Assembly (NCBI RefSeq): GCF_001677475.2
Contig: NZ_CP015229.1
Length of the DNA: 64,000 nt
Direction: 5' to 3' (one strand)
Source of the DNA: Escherichia coli
GTDB taxonomy: Bacteria > Pseudomonadota > Gammaproteobacteria > Enterobacterales > Enterobacteriaceae
A program made the translations under genes and the position numbers. This document shows, piece after piece, positions 18,217-30,850 of this stretch; the stretch's first letter is position 1, and each line of letters begins with the position of its first letter. Under the pieces are notes generated by a model. It had not been told where the DNA came from, did not search any database, and saw only the letters and a list, made by a program, of their open reading frames with translations.

Positions 18217-19364
18217 TGACTGAACAGCGTCCATTAACGATTGCCCTGGTCGCCGGAGAAACCTCCGGCGATATCCTGGGGGCCGGTTTAATCCGCGCTC
18301 TGAAAGAACGTGTGCCCAAAGCCCGCTTTGTTGGTGTTGCCGGGCCACGAATGCAGGCTGAAGGCTGCGAAGCCTGGTACGAAATGGAAGAACTGGCGGT
18401 GATGGGCATTGTTGAAGTGCTCGGTCGTCTGCGTCGCTTACTGCATATTCGTGCCGATCTGACAAAGCGTTTTGGCGAACTGAAGCCAGATGTTTTTGTT
18501 GGTATTGATGCGCCTGACTTCAATATTACTCTTGAAGGTAACCTCAAAAAGCAGGGTATCAAAACCATTCATTACGTCAGTCCGTCCGTCTGGGCGTGGC
18601 GACAGAAACGCGTTTTCAAAATAGGCAGAGCCACCGATCTGGTGCTCGCATTTCTGCCTTTCGAAAAAGCGTTTTATGACAAATACAACGTGCCGTGCCG
18701 CTTTATCGGTCATACCATGGCTGATGCCATGCCGTTAGATCCAGATAAAAATGGTGCCCGTGATGTGCTGGGGATCCCTTACGATGCCCACTGTCTGGCA
18801 TTGTTGCCGGGCAGCCGTGGTGCAGAAGTTGAGATGCTTAGTGCCGATTTCCTGAAAACGGCCCAGCTTTTGCGCCAGACATATCCGGATCTCGAGATCG
18901 TGGTGCCGCTGGTGAATGCCAAACGCCGCGAGCAGTTTGAACGCATCAAAGCTGAAGTTGCGCCAGACCTGTCGGTTCATTTGCTGGATGGGATGGGCCG
19001 TGAGGCGATGGTCGCCAGCGATGCGGCGCTACTGGCGTCGGGTACGGCAGCACTGGAATGTATGCTGGCGAAATGCCCGATGGTGGTGGGATATCGCATG
19101 AAGCCTTTCACCTTCTGGCTGGCGAAGCGACTGGTGAAAACTGATTATGTCTCTCTACCCAATTTGCTGGCGGGCAGAGAGTTAGTCAAAGAGTTATTGC
19201 AGGAAGAGTGTGAGCCGCAAAAACTGGCAGAGGCGTTGTTACCGCTGTTGGCGAACGGGAAAACCAGCCACGCGATGCACGACACCTTCCGCGAACTGCA
19301 TCAGCAGATCCGCTGCAATGCCGATGAGCAGGCGGCACAAGCCGTTCTGGAGTTAGCACAATGA
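18216..19364 (+). CDS. lpxB: Lipid-A-disaccharide synthase
   Basis: 382-aa [34 protein letters not shown]...; start overlaps lpxA stop by 1 nt (taATGa). Confidence 0.95.
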   Translation: MTEQRPLTIALVAGETSGDILGAGLIRALKERVPKARFVGVAGPRMQAEGCEAWYEMEELAVMGIVEVLGRLRRLLHIRADLTKRFGELKPDVFVGIDAPDFNITLEGNLKKQGIKTIHYVSPSVWAWRQKRVFKIGRATDLVLAFLPFEKAFYDKYNVPCRFIGHTMADAMPLDPDKNGARDVLGIPYDAHCLALLPGSRGAEVEMLSADFLKTAQLLRQTYPDLEIVVPLVNAKRREQFERIKAEVAPDLSVHLLDGMGREAMVASDAALLASGTAALECMLAKCPMVVGYRMKPFTFWLAKRLVKTDYVSLPNLLAGRELVKELLQEECEPQKLAEALLPLLANGKTSHAMHDTFRELHQQIRCNADEQAAQAVLELAQ

Positions 19365-19957
19365 TCGAATTTGTTTATCCGCACACGCAGCTTGTTGCGG
19401 GTGTGGATGAAGTCGGGCGCGGGCCGTTAGTTGGCGCGGTTGTCACCGCTGCAGTGATTCTCGACCCGGCGCGTCCGATTGTCGGGCTGAATGATTCCAA
19501 AAAGCTGAGCGAAAAACGCCGTCTGGCGTTGTATGAAGAGATTAAAGAGAAAGCGTTAAGCTGGAGTCTGGGTCGCGCTGAACCTCATGAAATCGACGAA
19601 CTGAATATTCTACACGCGACCATGCTGGCGATGCAGCGTGCGGTTGCGGGGCTGCATATCGTCCCGGAATATGTGTTGATTGATGGTAACCGCTGTCCGA
19701 AATTACCGATGCCTTCGATGGCAGTGGTGAAAGGCGACAGCCGCGTGCCGGAAATCAGTGCGGCGTCTATTCTGGCGAAAGTCACGCGCGACGCTGAAAT
19801 GGCGGCGCTGGACATCGTTTATCCACAATATGGCTTTGCCCAACACAAAGGGTATCCAACCGCTTTTCATCTTGAAAAACTGGCTGAACATGGCGCGACC
19901 GAACACCATCGGCGCAGCTTTGGCCCTGTCAAACGCGCACTGGGACTTGCGTCCTGA
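19361..19957 (+). CDS. rnhB: Ribonuclease HII
   Basis: 198-aa [38 protein letters not shown]...; 4-nt overlap with lpxB. Confidence 0.95.
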   Translation: MIEFVYPHTQLVAGVDEVGRGPLVGAVVTAAVILDPARPIVGLNDSKKLSEKRRLALYEEIKEKALSWSLGRAEPHEIDELNILHATMLAMQRAVAGLHIVPEYVLIDGNRCPKLPMPSMAVVKGDSRVPEISAASILAKVTRDAEMAALDIVYPQYGFAQHKGYPTAFHLEKLAEHGATEHHRRSFGPVKRALGLAS

Positions 19958-19993
19958 TTCTTGTGTCGAGATTAAGTAAACCGGAATCTGAAG

Positions 19994-22900
19994 ATGTCTG
20001 AACCACGTTTCGTACACCTGCGGGTGCACAGCGACTACTCGATGATCGATGGCCTGGCCAAAACCGCACCGCTGGTAAAAAAGGCGGCGGCGTTGGGTAT
20101 GCCAGCACTGGCGATCACCGATTTCACCAACCTTTGCGGTCTGGTGAAGTTCTACGGAGCGGGACATGGCGCAGGGATTAAGCCTATCGTCGGGGCAGAT
20201 TTTAATGTCCAGTGCGACCTGCTGGGTGATGAGTTAACCCACCTGACGGTACTGGCGGCGAACAATACCGGCTATCAGAATCTGACGTTGCTGATCTCAA
20301 AAGCGTATCAGCGCGGGTACGGTGCCGCCGGGCCGATCATCGATCGCGACTGGCTTATCGAATTAAACGAAGGGTTGATCCTTCTTTCCGGCGGGCGCAT
20401 GGGCGACGTCGGACGCAGTCTTTTGCGTGGTAACAGCGCGCTGGTAGATGAGTGTGTCGCATTTTATGAAGAACACTTCCCGGATCGCTATTTTCTCGAA
20501 CTGATTCGCACCGGCAGACCGGACGAAGAAAGCTATTTGCACGCGGCGGTGGAACTGGCGGAAGCGCGCGGTTTGCCCGTCGTGGCGACCAACGACGTGC
20601 GCTTTATCGACAGCAGCGACTTTGACGCACACGAAATCCGCGTCGCGATCCACGACGGCTTTACCCTCGACGATCCTAAACGCCCGCGTAACTATTCGCC
20701 GCAGCAATATATGCGTAGCGAAGAGGAGATGTGCGAGCTGTTTGCCGACATCCCCGAAGCTCTTGCCAACACCGTTGAGATCGCCAAACGTTGTAACGTA
20801 ACTGTGCGTCTGGGTGAATACTTCCTGCCGCAATTCCCGACCGGGGACATGAGCACCGAAGATTATCTGGTCAAGCGTGCAAAAGAAGGCCTGGAAGAGC
20901 GTCTGGCCTTTTTATTCCCTGATGAGGAAGAACGTGTTAAGCGCCGCCCGGAATATGACGAACGTCTGGAGACTGAACTTCAGGTTATCAACCAGATGGG
21001 CTTCCCGGGCTACTTCCTCATCGTTATGGAATTTATCCAGTGGTCGAAAGATAACGGCGTACCGGTAGGGCCAGGCCGTGGCTCCGGTGCGGGTTCACTG
21101 GTGGCCTACGCGCTGAAAATCACCGACCTCGATCCGCTGGAATTTGACCTGCTGTTCGAACGTTTCCTTAACCCGGAACGTGTCTCCATGCCTGACTTCG
21201 ACGTTGACTTCTGTATGGAGAAACGCGATCAGGTTATCGAACACGTAGCGGACATGTACGGTCGTGATGCGGTATCGCAGATTATCACCTTCGGTACGAT
21301 GGCGGCGAAAGCGGTGATCCGCGACGTAGGCCGCGTGCTGGGGCATCCGTACGGCTTTGTCGATCGTATCTCGAAACTGATCCCGCCCGATCCGGGGATG
21401 ACGCTGGCGAAAGCGTTTGAAGCCGAGCCGCAGCTGCCGGAAATCTACGAAGCGGATGAAGAAGTTAAGGCGCTGATCGACATGGCGCGCAAACTGGAAG
21501 GGGTTACCCGTAACGCCGGTAAGCACGCTGGTGGGGTGGTTATCGCGCCGACCAAAATTACTGATTTTGCGCCGCTTTATTGCGATGAAGAGGGCAAACA
21601 TCCGGTCACCCAGTTTGATAAAAGCGACGTTGAATACGCCGGGCTGGTGAAGTTCGACTTCCTCGGTTTGCGTACGCTCACCATCATCAACTGGGCGCTG
21701 GAGATGATCAACAAGCGGCGGGCGAAGAATGGCGAGCCGCCGCTGGATATCGCCGCGATCCCGCTGGATGACAAGAAAAGCTTCGACATGCTGCAACGCT
21801 CGGAAACCACGGCGGTATTCCAGCTTGAATCGCGCGGCATGAAGGACCTGATCAAGCGTCTGCAACCTGACTGCTTCGAAGATATGATCGCACTGGTGGC
21901 ACTGTTCCGCCCCGGCCCGTTGCAATCAGGGATGGTGGATAACTTTATCGACCGTAAACATGGTCGCGAAGAAATCTCCTATCCGGACGTACAGTGGCAG
22001 CATGAAAGCCTGAAACCGGTACTGGAGCCAACCTACGGCATCATCCTGTATCAGGAACAGGTCATGCAGATTGCGCAGGTGCTTTCTGGTTATACCCTCG
22101 GTGGCGCGGATATGCTGCGCCGTGCGATGGGTAAGAAAAAGCCGGAAGAGATGGCTAAGCAGCGTTCTGTATTTGCTGAAGGTGCAGAAAAGAACGGAAT
22201 CAACGCCGAACTGGCGATGAAAATCTTCGACCTGGTGGAGAAATTCGCTGGTTACGGATTTAACAAATCGCACTCTGCGGCCTATGCTTTGGTGTCATAT
22301 CAAACGTTATGGCTGAAAGCGCACTATCCGGCGGAGTTTATGGCGGCGGTAATGACCGCCGATATGGACAACACCGAGAAGGTGGTGGGCCTGGTGGATG
22401 AGTGCTGGCGGATGGGGCTGAAAATCCTGCCACCAGATATAAACTCCGGTCTTTACCATTTCCACGTCAACGACGACGGCGAAATCGTGTATGGTATTGG
22501 CGCGATCAAAGGGGTCGGTGAAGGTCCGATTGAGGCCATCATCGAAGCCCGTAACAAAGGCGGCTACTTCCGCGAACTGTTTGATCTCTGCGCCCGAACC
22601 GACACCAAAAAGTTAAACCGGCGGGTGCTGGAAAAACTGATCATGTCCGGGGCGTTTGACCGTCTTGGGCCACACCGCGCGGCGCTGATGAACTCGCTGG
22701 GCGATGCGTTAAAAGCGGCAGATCAACACGCGAAAGCGGAAGCTATCGGTCAGGCCGATATGTTCGGCGTGCTGGCCGAAGAGCCGGAACAAATTGAACA
22801 ATCCTACGCCAGCTGCCAACCGTGGCCGGAGCAGGTGGTATTAGATGGGGAACGTGAAACGTTAGGTCTGTACCTGACGGGACACCCTATCAACCAGTAT

Positions 22901-23476
22901 TTAAAAGAGATTGAGCGTTATGTCGGAGGCGTAAGGCTGAAAGACATGCACCCGACAGAACGTGGTAAAGTCATCACGGCTGCGGGGCTCGTTGTTGCCG
23001 CGCGGGTTATGGTCACCAAGCGCGGCAATCGTATCGGTATCTGCACGCTGGATGACCGTTCCGGGCGGCTGGAAGTGATGTTGTTTACTGACGCCCTGGA
23101 TAAATACCAGCAATTGCTGGAAAAAGACCGCATACTTATCGTCAGCGGACAGGTCAGCTTTGATGACTTCAGCGGTGGGCTTAAAATGACCGCTCGCGAA
23201 GTGATGGATATTGACGAAGCCCGGGAAAAATATGCTCGCGGGCTTGCTATCTCGCTGACGGACAGGCAAATTGATGACCAGCTTTTAAACCGACTCCGTC
23301 AGTCTCTGGAACCCCACCGCTCTGGGACAATTCCAGTACATCTCTACTATCAGAGGGCGGATGCACGCGCGCGGTTGCGTTTTGGCGCGACGTGGCGTGT
23401 CTCTCCGAGCGATCGTTTATTAAACGATCTCCGTGGCCTCATTGGTTCGGAGCAGGTGGAACTGGAGTTTGACTAA
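19994..23476 (+). CDS. dnaE: DNA polymerase III alpha subunit
   Basis: 1160-aa [50 protein letters not shown]... (PHP domain start). Confidence 0.97.
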   Translation: MSEPRFVHLRVHSDYSMIDGLAKTAPLVKKAAALGMPALAITDFTNLCGLVKFYGAGHGAGIKPIVGADFNVQCDLLGDELTHLTVLAANNTGYQNLTLLISKAYQRGYGAAGPIIDRDWLIELNEGLILLSGGRMGDVGRSLLRGNSALVDECVAFYEEHFPDRYFLELIRTGRPDEESYLHAAVELAEARGLPVVATNDVRFIDSSDFDAHEIRVAIHDGFTLDDPKRPRNYSPQQYMRSEEEMCELFADIPEALANTVEIAKRCNVTVRLGEYFLPQFPTGDMSTEDYLVKRAKEGLEERLAFLFPDEEERVKRRPEYDERLETELQVINQMGFPGYFLIVMEFIQWSKDNGVPVGPGRGSGAGSLVAYALKITDLDPLEFDLLFERFLNPERVSMPDFDVDFCMEKRDQVIEHVADMYGRDAVSQIITFGTMAAKAVIRDVGRVLGHPYGFVDRISKLIPPDPGMTLAKAFEAEPQLPEIYEADEEVKALIDMARKLEGVTRNAGKHAGGVVIAPTKITDFAPLYCDEEGKHPVTQFDKSDVEYAGLVKFDFLGLRTLTIINWALEMINKRRAKNGEPPLDIAAIPLDDKKSFDMLQRSETTAVFQLESRGMKDLIKRLQPDCFEDMIALVALFRPGPLQSGMVDNFIDRKHGREEISYPDVQWQHESLKPVLEPTYGIILYQEQVMQIAQVLSGYTLGGADMLRRAMGKKKPEEMAKQRSVFAEGAEKNGINAELAMKIFDLVEKFAGYGFNKSHSAAYALVSYQTLWLKAHYPAEFMAAVMTADMDNTEKVVGLVDECWRMGLKILPPDINSGLYHFHVNDDGEIVYGIGAIKGVGEGPIEAIIEARNKGGYFRELFDLCARTDTKKLNRRVLEKLIMSGAFDRLGPHRAALMNSLGDALKAADQHAKAEAIGQADMFGVLAEEPEQIEQSYASCQPWPEQVVLDGERETLGLYLTGHPINQYLKEIERYVGGVRLKDMHPTERGKVITAAGLVVAARVMVTKRGNRIGICTLDDRSGRLEVMLFTDALDKYQQLLEKDRILIVSGQVSFDDFSGGLKMTAREVMDIDEAREKYARGLAISLTDRQIDDQLLNRLRQSLEPHRSGTIPVHLYYQRADARARLRFGATWRVSPSDRLLNDLRGLIGSEQVELEFD

Positions 23477-23488
23477 TACAGGAATACT

Positions 23489-24448
23489 ATGAGTCTGAAT
23501 TTCCTTGATTTTGAACAGCCGATTGCAGAGCTGGAAGCGAAAATCGATTCTCTGACTGCGGTTAGCCGTCAGGATGAGAAACTGGATATTAACATCGATG
23601 AAGAAGTGCATCGTCTGCGTGAAAAAAGCGTAGAACTGACACGTAAAATCTTCGCCGATCTCGGTGCATGGCAGATTGCGCAACTGGCACGCCATCCACA
23701 GCGTCCTTATACCCTGGATTACGTTCGCCTGGCATTTGATGAATTTGACGAACTGGCTGGCGACCGCGCGTATGCAGACGATAAAGCTATCGTCGGTGGT
23801 ATAGCGCGTCTCGATGGTCGTCCGGTGATGATCATTGGTCATCAAAAAGGTCGTGAAACCAAAGAAAAAATTCGCCGTAACTTTGGCATGCCAGCGCCAG
23901 AAGGTTACCGCAAAGCACTGCGTCTGATGCAAATGGCTGAACGCTTTAAGATGCCAATCATCACCTTTATTGACACCCCGGGGGCTTATCCGGGCGTGGG
24001 CGCAGAAGAGCGCGGTCAGTCTGAAGCCATTGCACGCAACCTGCGTGAAATGTCTCGCCTTAGCGTACCGACTATTTGTACCGTTATCGGTGAAGGTGGT
24101 TCTGGCGGCGCGCTGGCGATTGGCGTGGGCGATAAAGTGAATATGCTGCAATACAGCACCTATTCCGTTATCTCGCCGGAAGGTTGTGCGTCCATTCTGT
24201 GGAAGAGCGCCGACAAAGCGCCGTTGGCGGCTGAAGCGATGGGGATCATCGCTCCGCGTCTGAAAGAACTGAAACTGATCGACTCCATCATCCCTGAACC
24301 GCTGGGTGGTGCTCACCGTAACCCGGAAGCGATGGCGGCGTCTCTGAAAGCGCAGCTGCTGGCGGATCTGGCCGATCTCGACGTGTTAAGCACTGAAGAT
24401 TTAAAAAATCGTCGTTATCAGCGCCTGATGAGCTACGGTTACGCGTAA
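23489..24448 (+). CDS. accA: Acetyl-CoA carboxylase carboxyltransferase alpha subunit
   Basis: 319-aa [43 protein letters not shown]... Confidence 0.95.
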
Positions 24449-24463
24449 TTCGCAAATGTTCTG

Positions 24464-24492
24464 AAAAAGGGTCACTTCGGTGGCCCTTTTTT
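24464..24492 (+). terminator. Rho-independent terminator after accA
   Basis: aaaaagggtcac-ttcgg-tggccc followed by ttttttatc. Confidence 0.5.
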
Positions 24493-24546
24493 ATCGCCAC
24501 GGTTTGAGCAGGCTATGATTAAGGAAGGATTTTCCAGGAGGAACAC

Positions 24547-26688
24547 ATGAACATCATTGCCATTATGGGACCGCATGGCGTCTTTTATAAAGATGAGCCC
24601 ATCAAAGAACTGGAGTCGGCGCTGGTGGCGCAAGGCTTTCAGATTATCTGGCCACAAAACAGCGTTGATTTGCTGAAATTTATCGAACATAACCCTCGAA
24701 TTTGCGGCGTGATTTTTGACTGGGATGAGTACAGTCTCGATTTATGTAGCGATATCAATCAACTTAATGAATATCTCCCGCTTTATGCCTTCATCAACAC
24801 CCACTCGACGATGGATGTCAGCGTGCAGGATATGCGGATGGCGCTCTGGTTTTTTGAATATGCGCTTGGGCAGGCGGAAGATATCGCCATTCGTATGCGT
24901 CAGCACACCAACGAATATCTCGATAACATTACCCCGCCATTCACGAAAGCCTTGTTTACCTACGTCAAAGAGCGGAAGTACACCTTTTGTACGCCGGGGC
25001 ATATGGGCGGCACCGCATATCAAAAAAGCCCGATTGGCTGTCTATTTTATGATTTTTTCGGCGGGAATACTCTTAAGGCTGATGTCTCTATTTCGGTCAC
25101 CGAGCTTGGTTCGTTGCTTGACCACACTGGGCTACACCTGGAAGCGGAAGAGTACATCGCGCGGACTTTTGGCGCGGAACAGAGTTATATCGTTACCAAC
25201 GGAACATCGACGTCGAACAAAATTGTGGGTATGTACGCCGCGCCATCCGGCAGTACGCTGTTGATCGACCGCAACTGCCATAAATCACTGGCGCATCTAT
25301 TGATGATGAACGATGTAGTGCCAGTCTGGCTAAAACCGACGCGTAATGCGTTGGGGATTCTGGGTGGGATCCCGCGCCGTGAATTTACTCGCGACAGCAT
25401 CGAAGAGAAAGTCGCTGCCACCACGCAAGCACAATGGCCGGTTCATGCGGTGATCACCAACTCCACCTATGATGGCTTGCTCTACAACACCGACTGGATC
25501 AAACAGATGCTGGATGTCCCCTCGATCCACTTCGATTCCGCCTGGGTGCCGTACACCCATTTTCATCCGATCTACCAGGGCAAAAGTGGTATGAGCGGCG
25601 AGCGTGTTGCGGGAAAAGTGATCTTCGAAACGCAATCGACCCACAAAATGCTGGCTGCGTTATCGCAGGCTTCGCTGATCCACATTAAAGGCGAGTATGA
25701 CGAAGAGGCGTTTAACGAAGCCTTTATGATGCATACCACCACCTCGCCCAGTTATCCCATTGTTGCTTCGGTTGAGACGGCGGCGGCGATGCTGCGTGGT
25801 AATCCGGGCAAACGGCTGATTAACCGTTCGGTGGAGCGGGCGCTGCATTTTCGCAAAGAGGTCCAGCGGCTGCGGGAAGAGTCTGACGGCTGGTTTTTTG
25901 ATATCTGGCAACCGCCGCAGGTGGATGAAGCCGAATGCTGGCCCGTTGCGCCTGGCGAAGAGTGGCACGGCTTTAACGATGCGGATGCCGATCATATGTT
26001 TCTCGATCCGGTTAAAGTCACTATTTTGACACCGGGGATGGACGAGCAGGGCAATATGAGCGAGGAGGGGATCCCGGCGGCGCTGGTGGCAAAATTCCTC
26101 GACGAACGTGGGATTGTAGTAGAGAAAACCGGCCCTTATAACCTGCTGTTTCTTTTTAGTATTGGCATCGATAAAACCAAAGCGATGGGATTATTGCGTG
26201 GGTTGACGGAATTTAAACGCTCTTACGATCTCAACCTGCGGATCAAAAATATGCTGCCCGATCTCTATGCAGAAGATCCCGATTTTTACCGCAATATGCG
26301 TATTCAGGATCTGGCGCAAGGGATCCATAAGCTGATTCGTAAACACGATCTTCCCGGTTTGATGTTGCGGGCATTCGATACTTTGCCGGAAATGATCATG
26401 ACGCCACATCAGGCATGGCAGAGACAGATTAAAGGTGAAGTAGAAACCATTGCGCTGGAACAACTGGTCGGTAGAGTATCGGCAAATATGATCCTGCCTT
26501 ATCCACCGGGCGTACCGCTGTTGATGCCTGGAGAAATGCTGACCAAAGAGAGCCGCACAGTACTCGATTTTCTACTGATGCTTTGTTCCGTAGGGCAACA
26601 TTACCCCGGTTTTGAAACGGATATTCACGGCGCGAAACAGGACGAAGACGGCGTTTACCGCGTACGAGTCCTAAAAATGGCGGGATAA
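24547..26688 (+). CDS. ldcC: Constitutive lysine decarboxylase (PLP-dependent, Orn/Lys/Arg decarboxylase family)
   Basis: 713-aa ORF MNIIAIMGPHGVFYKDEPIKELESALVAQGFQIIWPQNSVDLLKF...; position after accA matches ldcC rather than cadA. Confidence 0.93.
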   Translation: MNIIAIMGPHGVFYKDEPIKELESALVAQGFQIIWPQNSVDLLKFIEHNPRICGVIFDWDEYSLDLCSDINQLNEYLPLYAFINTHSTMDVSVQDMRMALWFFEYALGQAEDIAIRMRQHTNEYLDNITPPFTKALFTYVKERKYTFCTPGHMGGTAYQKSPIGCLFYDFFGGNTLKADVSISVTELGSLLDHTGLHLEAEEYIARTFGAEQSYIVTNGTSTSNKIVGMYAAPSGSTLLIDRNCHKSLAHLLMMNDVVPVWLKPTRNALGILGGIPRREFTRDSIEEKVAATTQAQWPVHAVITNSTYDGLLYNTDWIKQMLDVPSIHFDSAWVPYTHFHPIYQGKSGMSGERVAGKVIFETQSTHKMLAALSQASLIHIKGEYDEEAFNEAFMMHTTTSPSYPIVASVETAAAMLRGNPGKRLINRSVERALHFRKEVQRLREESDGWFFDIWQPPQVDEAECWPVAPGEEWHGFNDADADHMFLDPVKVTILTPGMDEQGNMSEEGIPAALVAKFLDERGIVVEKTGPYNLLFLFSIGIDKTKAMGLLRGLTEFKRSYDLNLRIKNMLPDLYAEDPDFYRNMRIQDLAQGIHKLIRKHDLPGLMLRAFDTLPEMIMTPHQAWQRQIKGEVETIALEQLVGRVSANMILPYPPGVPLLMPGEMLTKESRTVLDFLLMLCSVGQHYPGFETDIHGAKQDEDGVYRVRVLKMAG

Positions 26689-26744
26689 CTTGCCAGAGCG
26701 GCTTCCGGGCGAGTAACGTGCTGTTAACAAATAAAGGAGACGTT

Positions 26745-27134
26745 ATGCTGGGTTTAAAACAGGTTCACCATATTGCGATTATTGCGACGGATTATGCGGT
26801 GAGCAAAGCTTTCTACTGCGATATTCTTGGTTTCACGCTGCAAAGCGAAGTCTATCGCGAAGCGCGCGACTCGTGGAAAGGGGATTTGGCGCTTAATGGG
26901 CAATATGTGATTGAGCTTTTCTCATTTCCGTTCCCGCCGGAGCGCCCCAGCCGACCGGAAGCTTGCGGCCTGCGTCATCTGGCTTTTAGCGTTGATGACA
27001 TCGATGCGGCAGTGGCGCACCTTGAAAGCCATAACGTGAAGTGTGAAGCCATCCGTGTCGATCCATACACGCAAAAACGCTTCACCTTCTTTAACGATCC
27101 GGACGGGCTGCCGTTGGAACTGTATGAGCAGTAA
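26745..27134 (+). CDS. yaeR: VOC/glyoxalase-family protein YaeR
   Basis: ORF-track entry 26718-27134 trimmed to ATG at 26745: MLGLKQVHHIAIIATDYAVSKAFYCDILGFTLQSEV... Confidence 0.85.
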   Translation: MLGLKQVHHIAIIATDYAVSKAFYCDILGFTLQSEVYREARDSWKGDLALNGQYVIELFSFPFPPERPSRPEACGLRHLAFSVDDIDAAVAHLESHNVKCEAIRVDPYTQKRFTFFNDPDGLPLELYEQ

Positions 27135-27198
27135 GGCTTGTCATCGCCGCATTTGCCCGGTAACGTGCCGGGCATTGCTACTGTAAAATCGCACCATC

Positions 27199-28494
27199 AT
27201 GACACTCACGCTCAATAGACAACTTCTTACCTCACGCCAGATTCTGGTGGCCTTTAGCGGCGGGCTTGACTCCACCGTTCTGCTGCATCAGTTGGTGCAG
27301 TGGCGGACGGAAAATCCGGGTGTCGCTCTGCGCGCTATTCATGTGCATCACGGTTTAAGTGCCAATGCCGATGCCTGGGTTACGCATTGCGAAAACGTCT
27401 GCCAACAGTGGCAGGTGCCGCTGGTGGTCGAACGCGTACAACTTGCGCAAGAGGGGCTGGGGATTGAGGCCCAGGCGCGGCAGGCGCGTTATCAGGCATT
27501 TGCCCGCACCTTGTTGCCCGGTGAAGTGCTGGTCACCGCGCAACATCTCGACGATCAATGTGAAACTTTTCTGCTGGCGCTAAAACGCGGTAGCGGCCCT
27601 GCCGGGCTTTCGGCTATGGCGGAAGTTTCGGAGTTTGCCGGAACACGGCTTATCCGCCCGTTGCTTGCCCGCACGCGGGGGGAACTGGAGCAGTGGGCAT
27701 TGGCGCATGGTTTACGCTGGATTGAAGACGAAAGTAATCAGGACGACTCATACGATCGTAACTTTCTGCGCCTGCGCGTAGTGCCGTTATTGCAGCAGCG
27801 TTGGCCGCATTTTGCCGAAACAACGGCCCGCAGCGCCGCACTTTGTGCTGAACAAGAGAGCCTGCTGGATGAACTGCTGGCAGATGATTTAGCACACTGT
27901 CAATCGCCGCAGGGGACGCTGCAGATTGCGCCAATGCTGGCGATGAGTGATGCCCGTCGCGCGGCGATTATTCGCCGCTGGCTGGCAGGGCAGAATGCAC
28001 CGATGCCTTCCCGCGACGCGCTGGTGCGGATCTGGAAGGAAGTGGCGCTGGCGCGAGAAGATGCCTCCCCCTGTTTACGCCTAGGCGCGTTTGAAATCCG
28101 CCGCTATCAGTCGCAACTGTGGTGGATTAAATCCGTCACCGGGCAAAGCGAAACCATTGTGCCGTGGCAGACGTGGCTACAACCGCTGGAATTACCGGCG
28201 GGGCTGGGAAGTGTACAGCTTACTGCGGGAGGCGATATTCGCCCTCCGCGTGCAGACGAAGCGATCAGCGTGCGTTTCAAAGCGCCAGGATTGCTGCATA
28301 TTGTCGGGCGCAACGGCGGACGTAAGCTGAAGAAAATCTGGCAAGAGTTAGGCGTTCCGCCGTGGCTACGTGACACCACGCCACTGCTGTTTTATGGCGA
28401 AACGCTGATTGCGGCGGCAGGGGTATTTGTGACGCAAGAAGGTGTGGCAGAAGATGAGAATGGCGTAAGTTTTGTCTGGCAGAGAAACGCTTAG
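27199..28494 (+). CDS. tilS: tRNA(Ile)-lysidine synthetase
   Basis: 431-aa [35 protein letters not shown] (SGGxDS PP-loop motif). Confidence 0.95.
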   Translation: MTLTLNRQLLTSRQILVAFSGGLDSTVLLHQLVQWRTENPGVALRAIHVHHGLSANADAWVTHCENVCQQWQVPLVVERVQLAQEGLGIEAQARQARYQAFARTLLPGEVLVTAQHLDDQCETFLLALKRGSGPAGLSAMAEVSEFAGTRLIRPLLARTRGELEQWALAHGLRWIEDESNQDDSYDRNFLRLRVVPLLQQRWPHFAETTARSAALCAEQESLLDELLADDLAHCQSPQGTLQIAPMLAMSDARRAAIIRRWLAGQNAPMPSRDALVRIWKEVALAREDASPCLRLGAFEIRRYQSQLWWIKSVTGQSETIVPWQTWLQPLELPAGLGSVQLTAGGDIRPPRADEAISVRFKAPGLLHIVGRNGGRKLKKIWQELGVPPWLRDTTPLLFYGETLIAAAGVFVTQEGVAEDENGVSFVWQRNA

Positions 28495-28509
28495 TTAAGT
28501 AAAAGCCGG

Positions 28510-28543
28510 ATATGACGCATCAAACGTCGCATCCGGCGAAAGT
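28510..28543. repeat. REP-like imperfect palindrome between convergent tilS and rof (likely bidirectional terminator)
   Basis: gccggatatgacgcatcaaacgtcgcatccggc, outer gccggat/atccggc arms. Confidence 0.4.
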
Positions 28544-28546
28544 CAA

Positions 28547-28807
28547 TCAGGACTCGCTCACCACCACCGTACCGATTTCCGGGTGGCTAAAGCTGGTAAT
28601 TTTATCCAGACGCAGCTCGCGGGTTGCACCAGCGGCTTCGACGACCAGATATTCCACATTTTTGCGGGAGACTAAATCACTGGCTTTTGCCTGCAATTTT
28701 TCGCCATCTTTCAGCTCAAGTGTCAGCATTAAATGATGCTGGCAGGCGAGCTCAAGATTATCGTAATCATCACAATTGATTGGTTGATACGTATCATTCA
28801 TTGACAT
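28547..28807 (-). CDS. rof: Rho-binding antiterminator Rof (YaeO)
   Basis: 86-aa [49 protein letters not shown]...; true start may be the third codon (MNDTYQ). Confidence 0.85.
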
Positions 28808-29012
28808 AATCGCTCACCAGTAAGTTTGCCGCAGCGTATGCTGCTTTTTCCCTGACAGCCTCAGAAAGGGCGTCGTCGGCAGCCATTTCATTCAGCACTT
28901 TCAAAACGCAGCCCAGCGCGTCCGGAACGTATCCTAAGTCTCCGCTGGCGATTTCCGCGTACCGCTTGCGTATTAACTCACAATATTTTTCCACATGCCC
29001 TCCTGTCAGCAC
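28794..29012 (-). CDS. yaeP: UPF0253 small protein YaeP
   Basis: 72-aa ORF; likely true start at internal Met giving [47 protein letters not shown]...; 3' end overlaps rof start. Confidence 0.8.
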
Positions 29013-29159
29013 TCTGACTTAACCGTGGATGCAAGTCTAAGCCTACGAAGATAAACTCTGTTTCGCAAGGTGACTATACCACACTCATTTCTGCAATATC
29101 AGCGCCGCAACTGCACGTATTCCGTTACAATGGCCTCCTGATTCGAAAGGAGTTTTCTT

Positions 29160-29705
29160 ATGGCGCTTAAAGCGACAATTTATAAAGCGACGGTTAATGT
29201 GGCCGATCTCGACCGCAACCAGTTTCTCGATGCCTCTCTGACGCTGGCGCGCCATCCTTCAGAAACCCAGGAGCGCATGATGCTGCGCTTGCTGGCATGG
29301 CTAAAATATGCCGATGAACGTCTGCAATTTACCCGTGGTTTGTGTGCCGATGATGAGCCGGAAGCGTGGCTGCGTAACGATCATTTGGGCATTGATTTGT
29401 GGATTGAGCTGGGGCTGCCGGATGAGCGACGAATTAAGAAAGCCTGCACCCAGGCCGCAGAAGTGGCACTGTTTACCTATAATAGTCGGGCGGCGCAAAT
29501 CTGGTGGCAGCAAAATCAGAGCAAATGTGCGCAGTTTGCCAATCTTTCCGTCTGGTATCTGGACGACGAGCAGCTGGCGAAAGTGAGCGCCTTTGCCGAT
29601 CGTACCATGACGCTGCAGGCAACGATTCAGGATGGTGTTATCTGGTTATCGGATGATAAGAATAATCTGGAAGTGAACTTAACCGCCTGGCAACAACCTT
29701 CATGA
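29160..29705 (+). CDS. yaeQ: YaeQ family protein
   Basis: 181-aa [50 protein letters not shown]... Confidence 0.9.
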   Translation: MALKATIYKATVNVADLDRNQFLDASLTLARHPSETQERMMLRLLAWLKYADERLQFTRGLCADDEPEAWLRNDHLGIDLWIELGLPDERRIKKACTQAAEVALFTYNSRAAQIWWQQNQSKCAQFANLSVWYLDDEQLAKVSAFADRTMTLQATIQDGVIWLSDDKNNLEVNLTAWQQPS

Positions 29706-30124
29706 TTGTGATTTCCCGACATGTTGCTATTCCCGATGGTGAGCTTGAGATCACCGCCATTCGTGCGCAGGGCGCGGGCGGGCAGCATGTTAATAAGACC
29801 TCAACGGCTATTCATCTGCGTTTTGACATTCGGGCGTCCAGCCTGCCAGAGTATTACAAAGAGCGTCTGCTCGCCGCCAGCCATCATTTGATCAGCAGTG
29901 ATGGCGTGATTGTCATTAAGGCACAGGAATACCGCAATCAGGAACTGAACCGCGAAGCGGCGCTGGCCCGGCTGGTGGCAGTGATTAAAGATTTAACAAC
30001 AGAACAAAAAGCCCGACGACCCACTCGCCCCACCCGTGCATCGAAAGAGCGCAGGCTGGCATCGAAAGCACAAAAATCAAGCGTGAAGGCGATGCGCGGC
30101 AAAGTGCGCAGCGGTCGGGAATAA
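29702..30124 (+). CDS. arfB: Peptidyl-tRNA hydrolase ArfB (YaeJ), ribosome rescue factor
   Basis: 140-aa ORF with GGQ motif ([19 protein letters not shown]) and basic C-terminal tail; 4-nt overlap with yaeQ. Confidence 0.9.
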   Translation: MIVISRHVAIPDGELEITAIRAQGAGGQHVNKTSTAIHLRFDIRASSLPEYYKERLLAASHHLISSDGVIVIKAQEYRNQELNREAALARLVAVIKDLTTEQKARRPTRPTRASKERRLASKAQKSSVKAMRGKVRSGRE

Positions 30125-30137
30125 AAAGAAGGAATGG

Positions 30138-30848
30138 ATGGTGAAAAAAGCGATAGTGACAGCGATGGCTGTAATCAGCCTCTTTACTCTGATGGGTTGT
30201 AATAATCGGGCCGAAGTCGATACGCTTTCTCCGGCGCAGGCTGCCGAACTGAAACCGATGCCGCAAAGTTGGCGCGGCGTGCTGCCGTGTGCCGATTGCG
30301 AAGGAATCGAAACCTCTCTGTTCCTCGAAAAAGACGGAACCTGGGTGATGAATGAGCGTTATCTCGGTGCTCGTGAAGAACCTTCCTCCTTCGCTTCCTA
30401 CGGTACATGGGCGCGAACCGCTGACAAGCTGGTATTAACCGACAGCAAAGGTGAAAAGTCATATTATCGGGCGAAAGGAGATGCGCTGGAGATGCTCGAT
30501 CGTGAAGGTAATCCGATTGAATCGCAGTTCAACTATACGCTGGAACCGGCACAATCCAGTTTACCCATGACGCCGATGACCCTGCGGGGCATGTATTTTT
30601 ATATGGCTGATGCGGCGACCTTCACTGATTGCGCGACCGGAAAACGTTTCATGGTAGCGAATAACGCAGAGCTGGAGCGTAGCTACCTGGCTGCGCGCGG
30701 TCATAGTGAAAAACCGATGTTACTGTCAGTAGAAGGTCACTTTACGCTTGAGGCTAATCCGGATACCGGTGCGCCGACTAAAGTATTGGCACCCGATACG
30801 GCAGGGAAATTTTACCCAAACCAGGATTGCAGTAGTTTGGGGCAGTAA
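30138..30848 (+). CDS. nlpE: Outer-membrane lipoprotein NlpE (CutF), Cpx pathway sensor
   Basis: 236-aa ORF MVKKAIVTAMAVISLFTLMGCNNRAEVD (lipobox LMGC), CxxC motif PCADCEG. Confidence 0.9.
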   Translation: MVKKAIVTAMAVISLFTLMGCNNRAEVDTLSPAQAAELKPMPQSWRGVLPCADCEGIETSLFLEKDGTWVMNERYLGAREEPSSFASYGTWARTADKLVLTDSKGEKSYYRAKGDALEMLDREGNPIESQFNYTLEPAQSSLPMTPMTLRGMYFYMADAATFTDCATGKRFMVANNAELERSYLAARGHSEKPMLLSVEGHFTLEANPDTGAPTKVLAPDTAGKFYPNQDCSSLGQ

Positions 30849-30850
30849 TT

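Noticed and set aside
21095-21925. 276-aa minus-strand ORF (and 20363-20833, 21926-22273, 22901-23269) inside dnaE
   Set aside because: Antisense to the continuous 1160-aa DnaE reading frame; Arg/His-rich translations typical of reverse frames.
23420-24316. 298-aa minus-strand ORF opposite accA
   Set aside because: Antisense to AccA; no recognisable domain; overlaps the dnaE 3' end.
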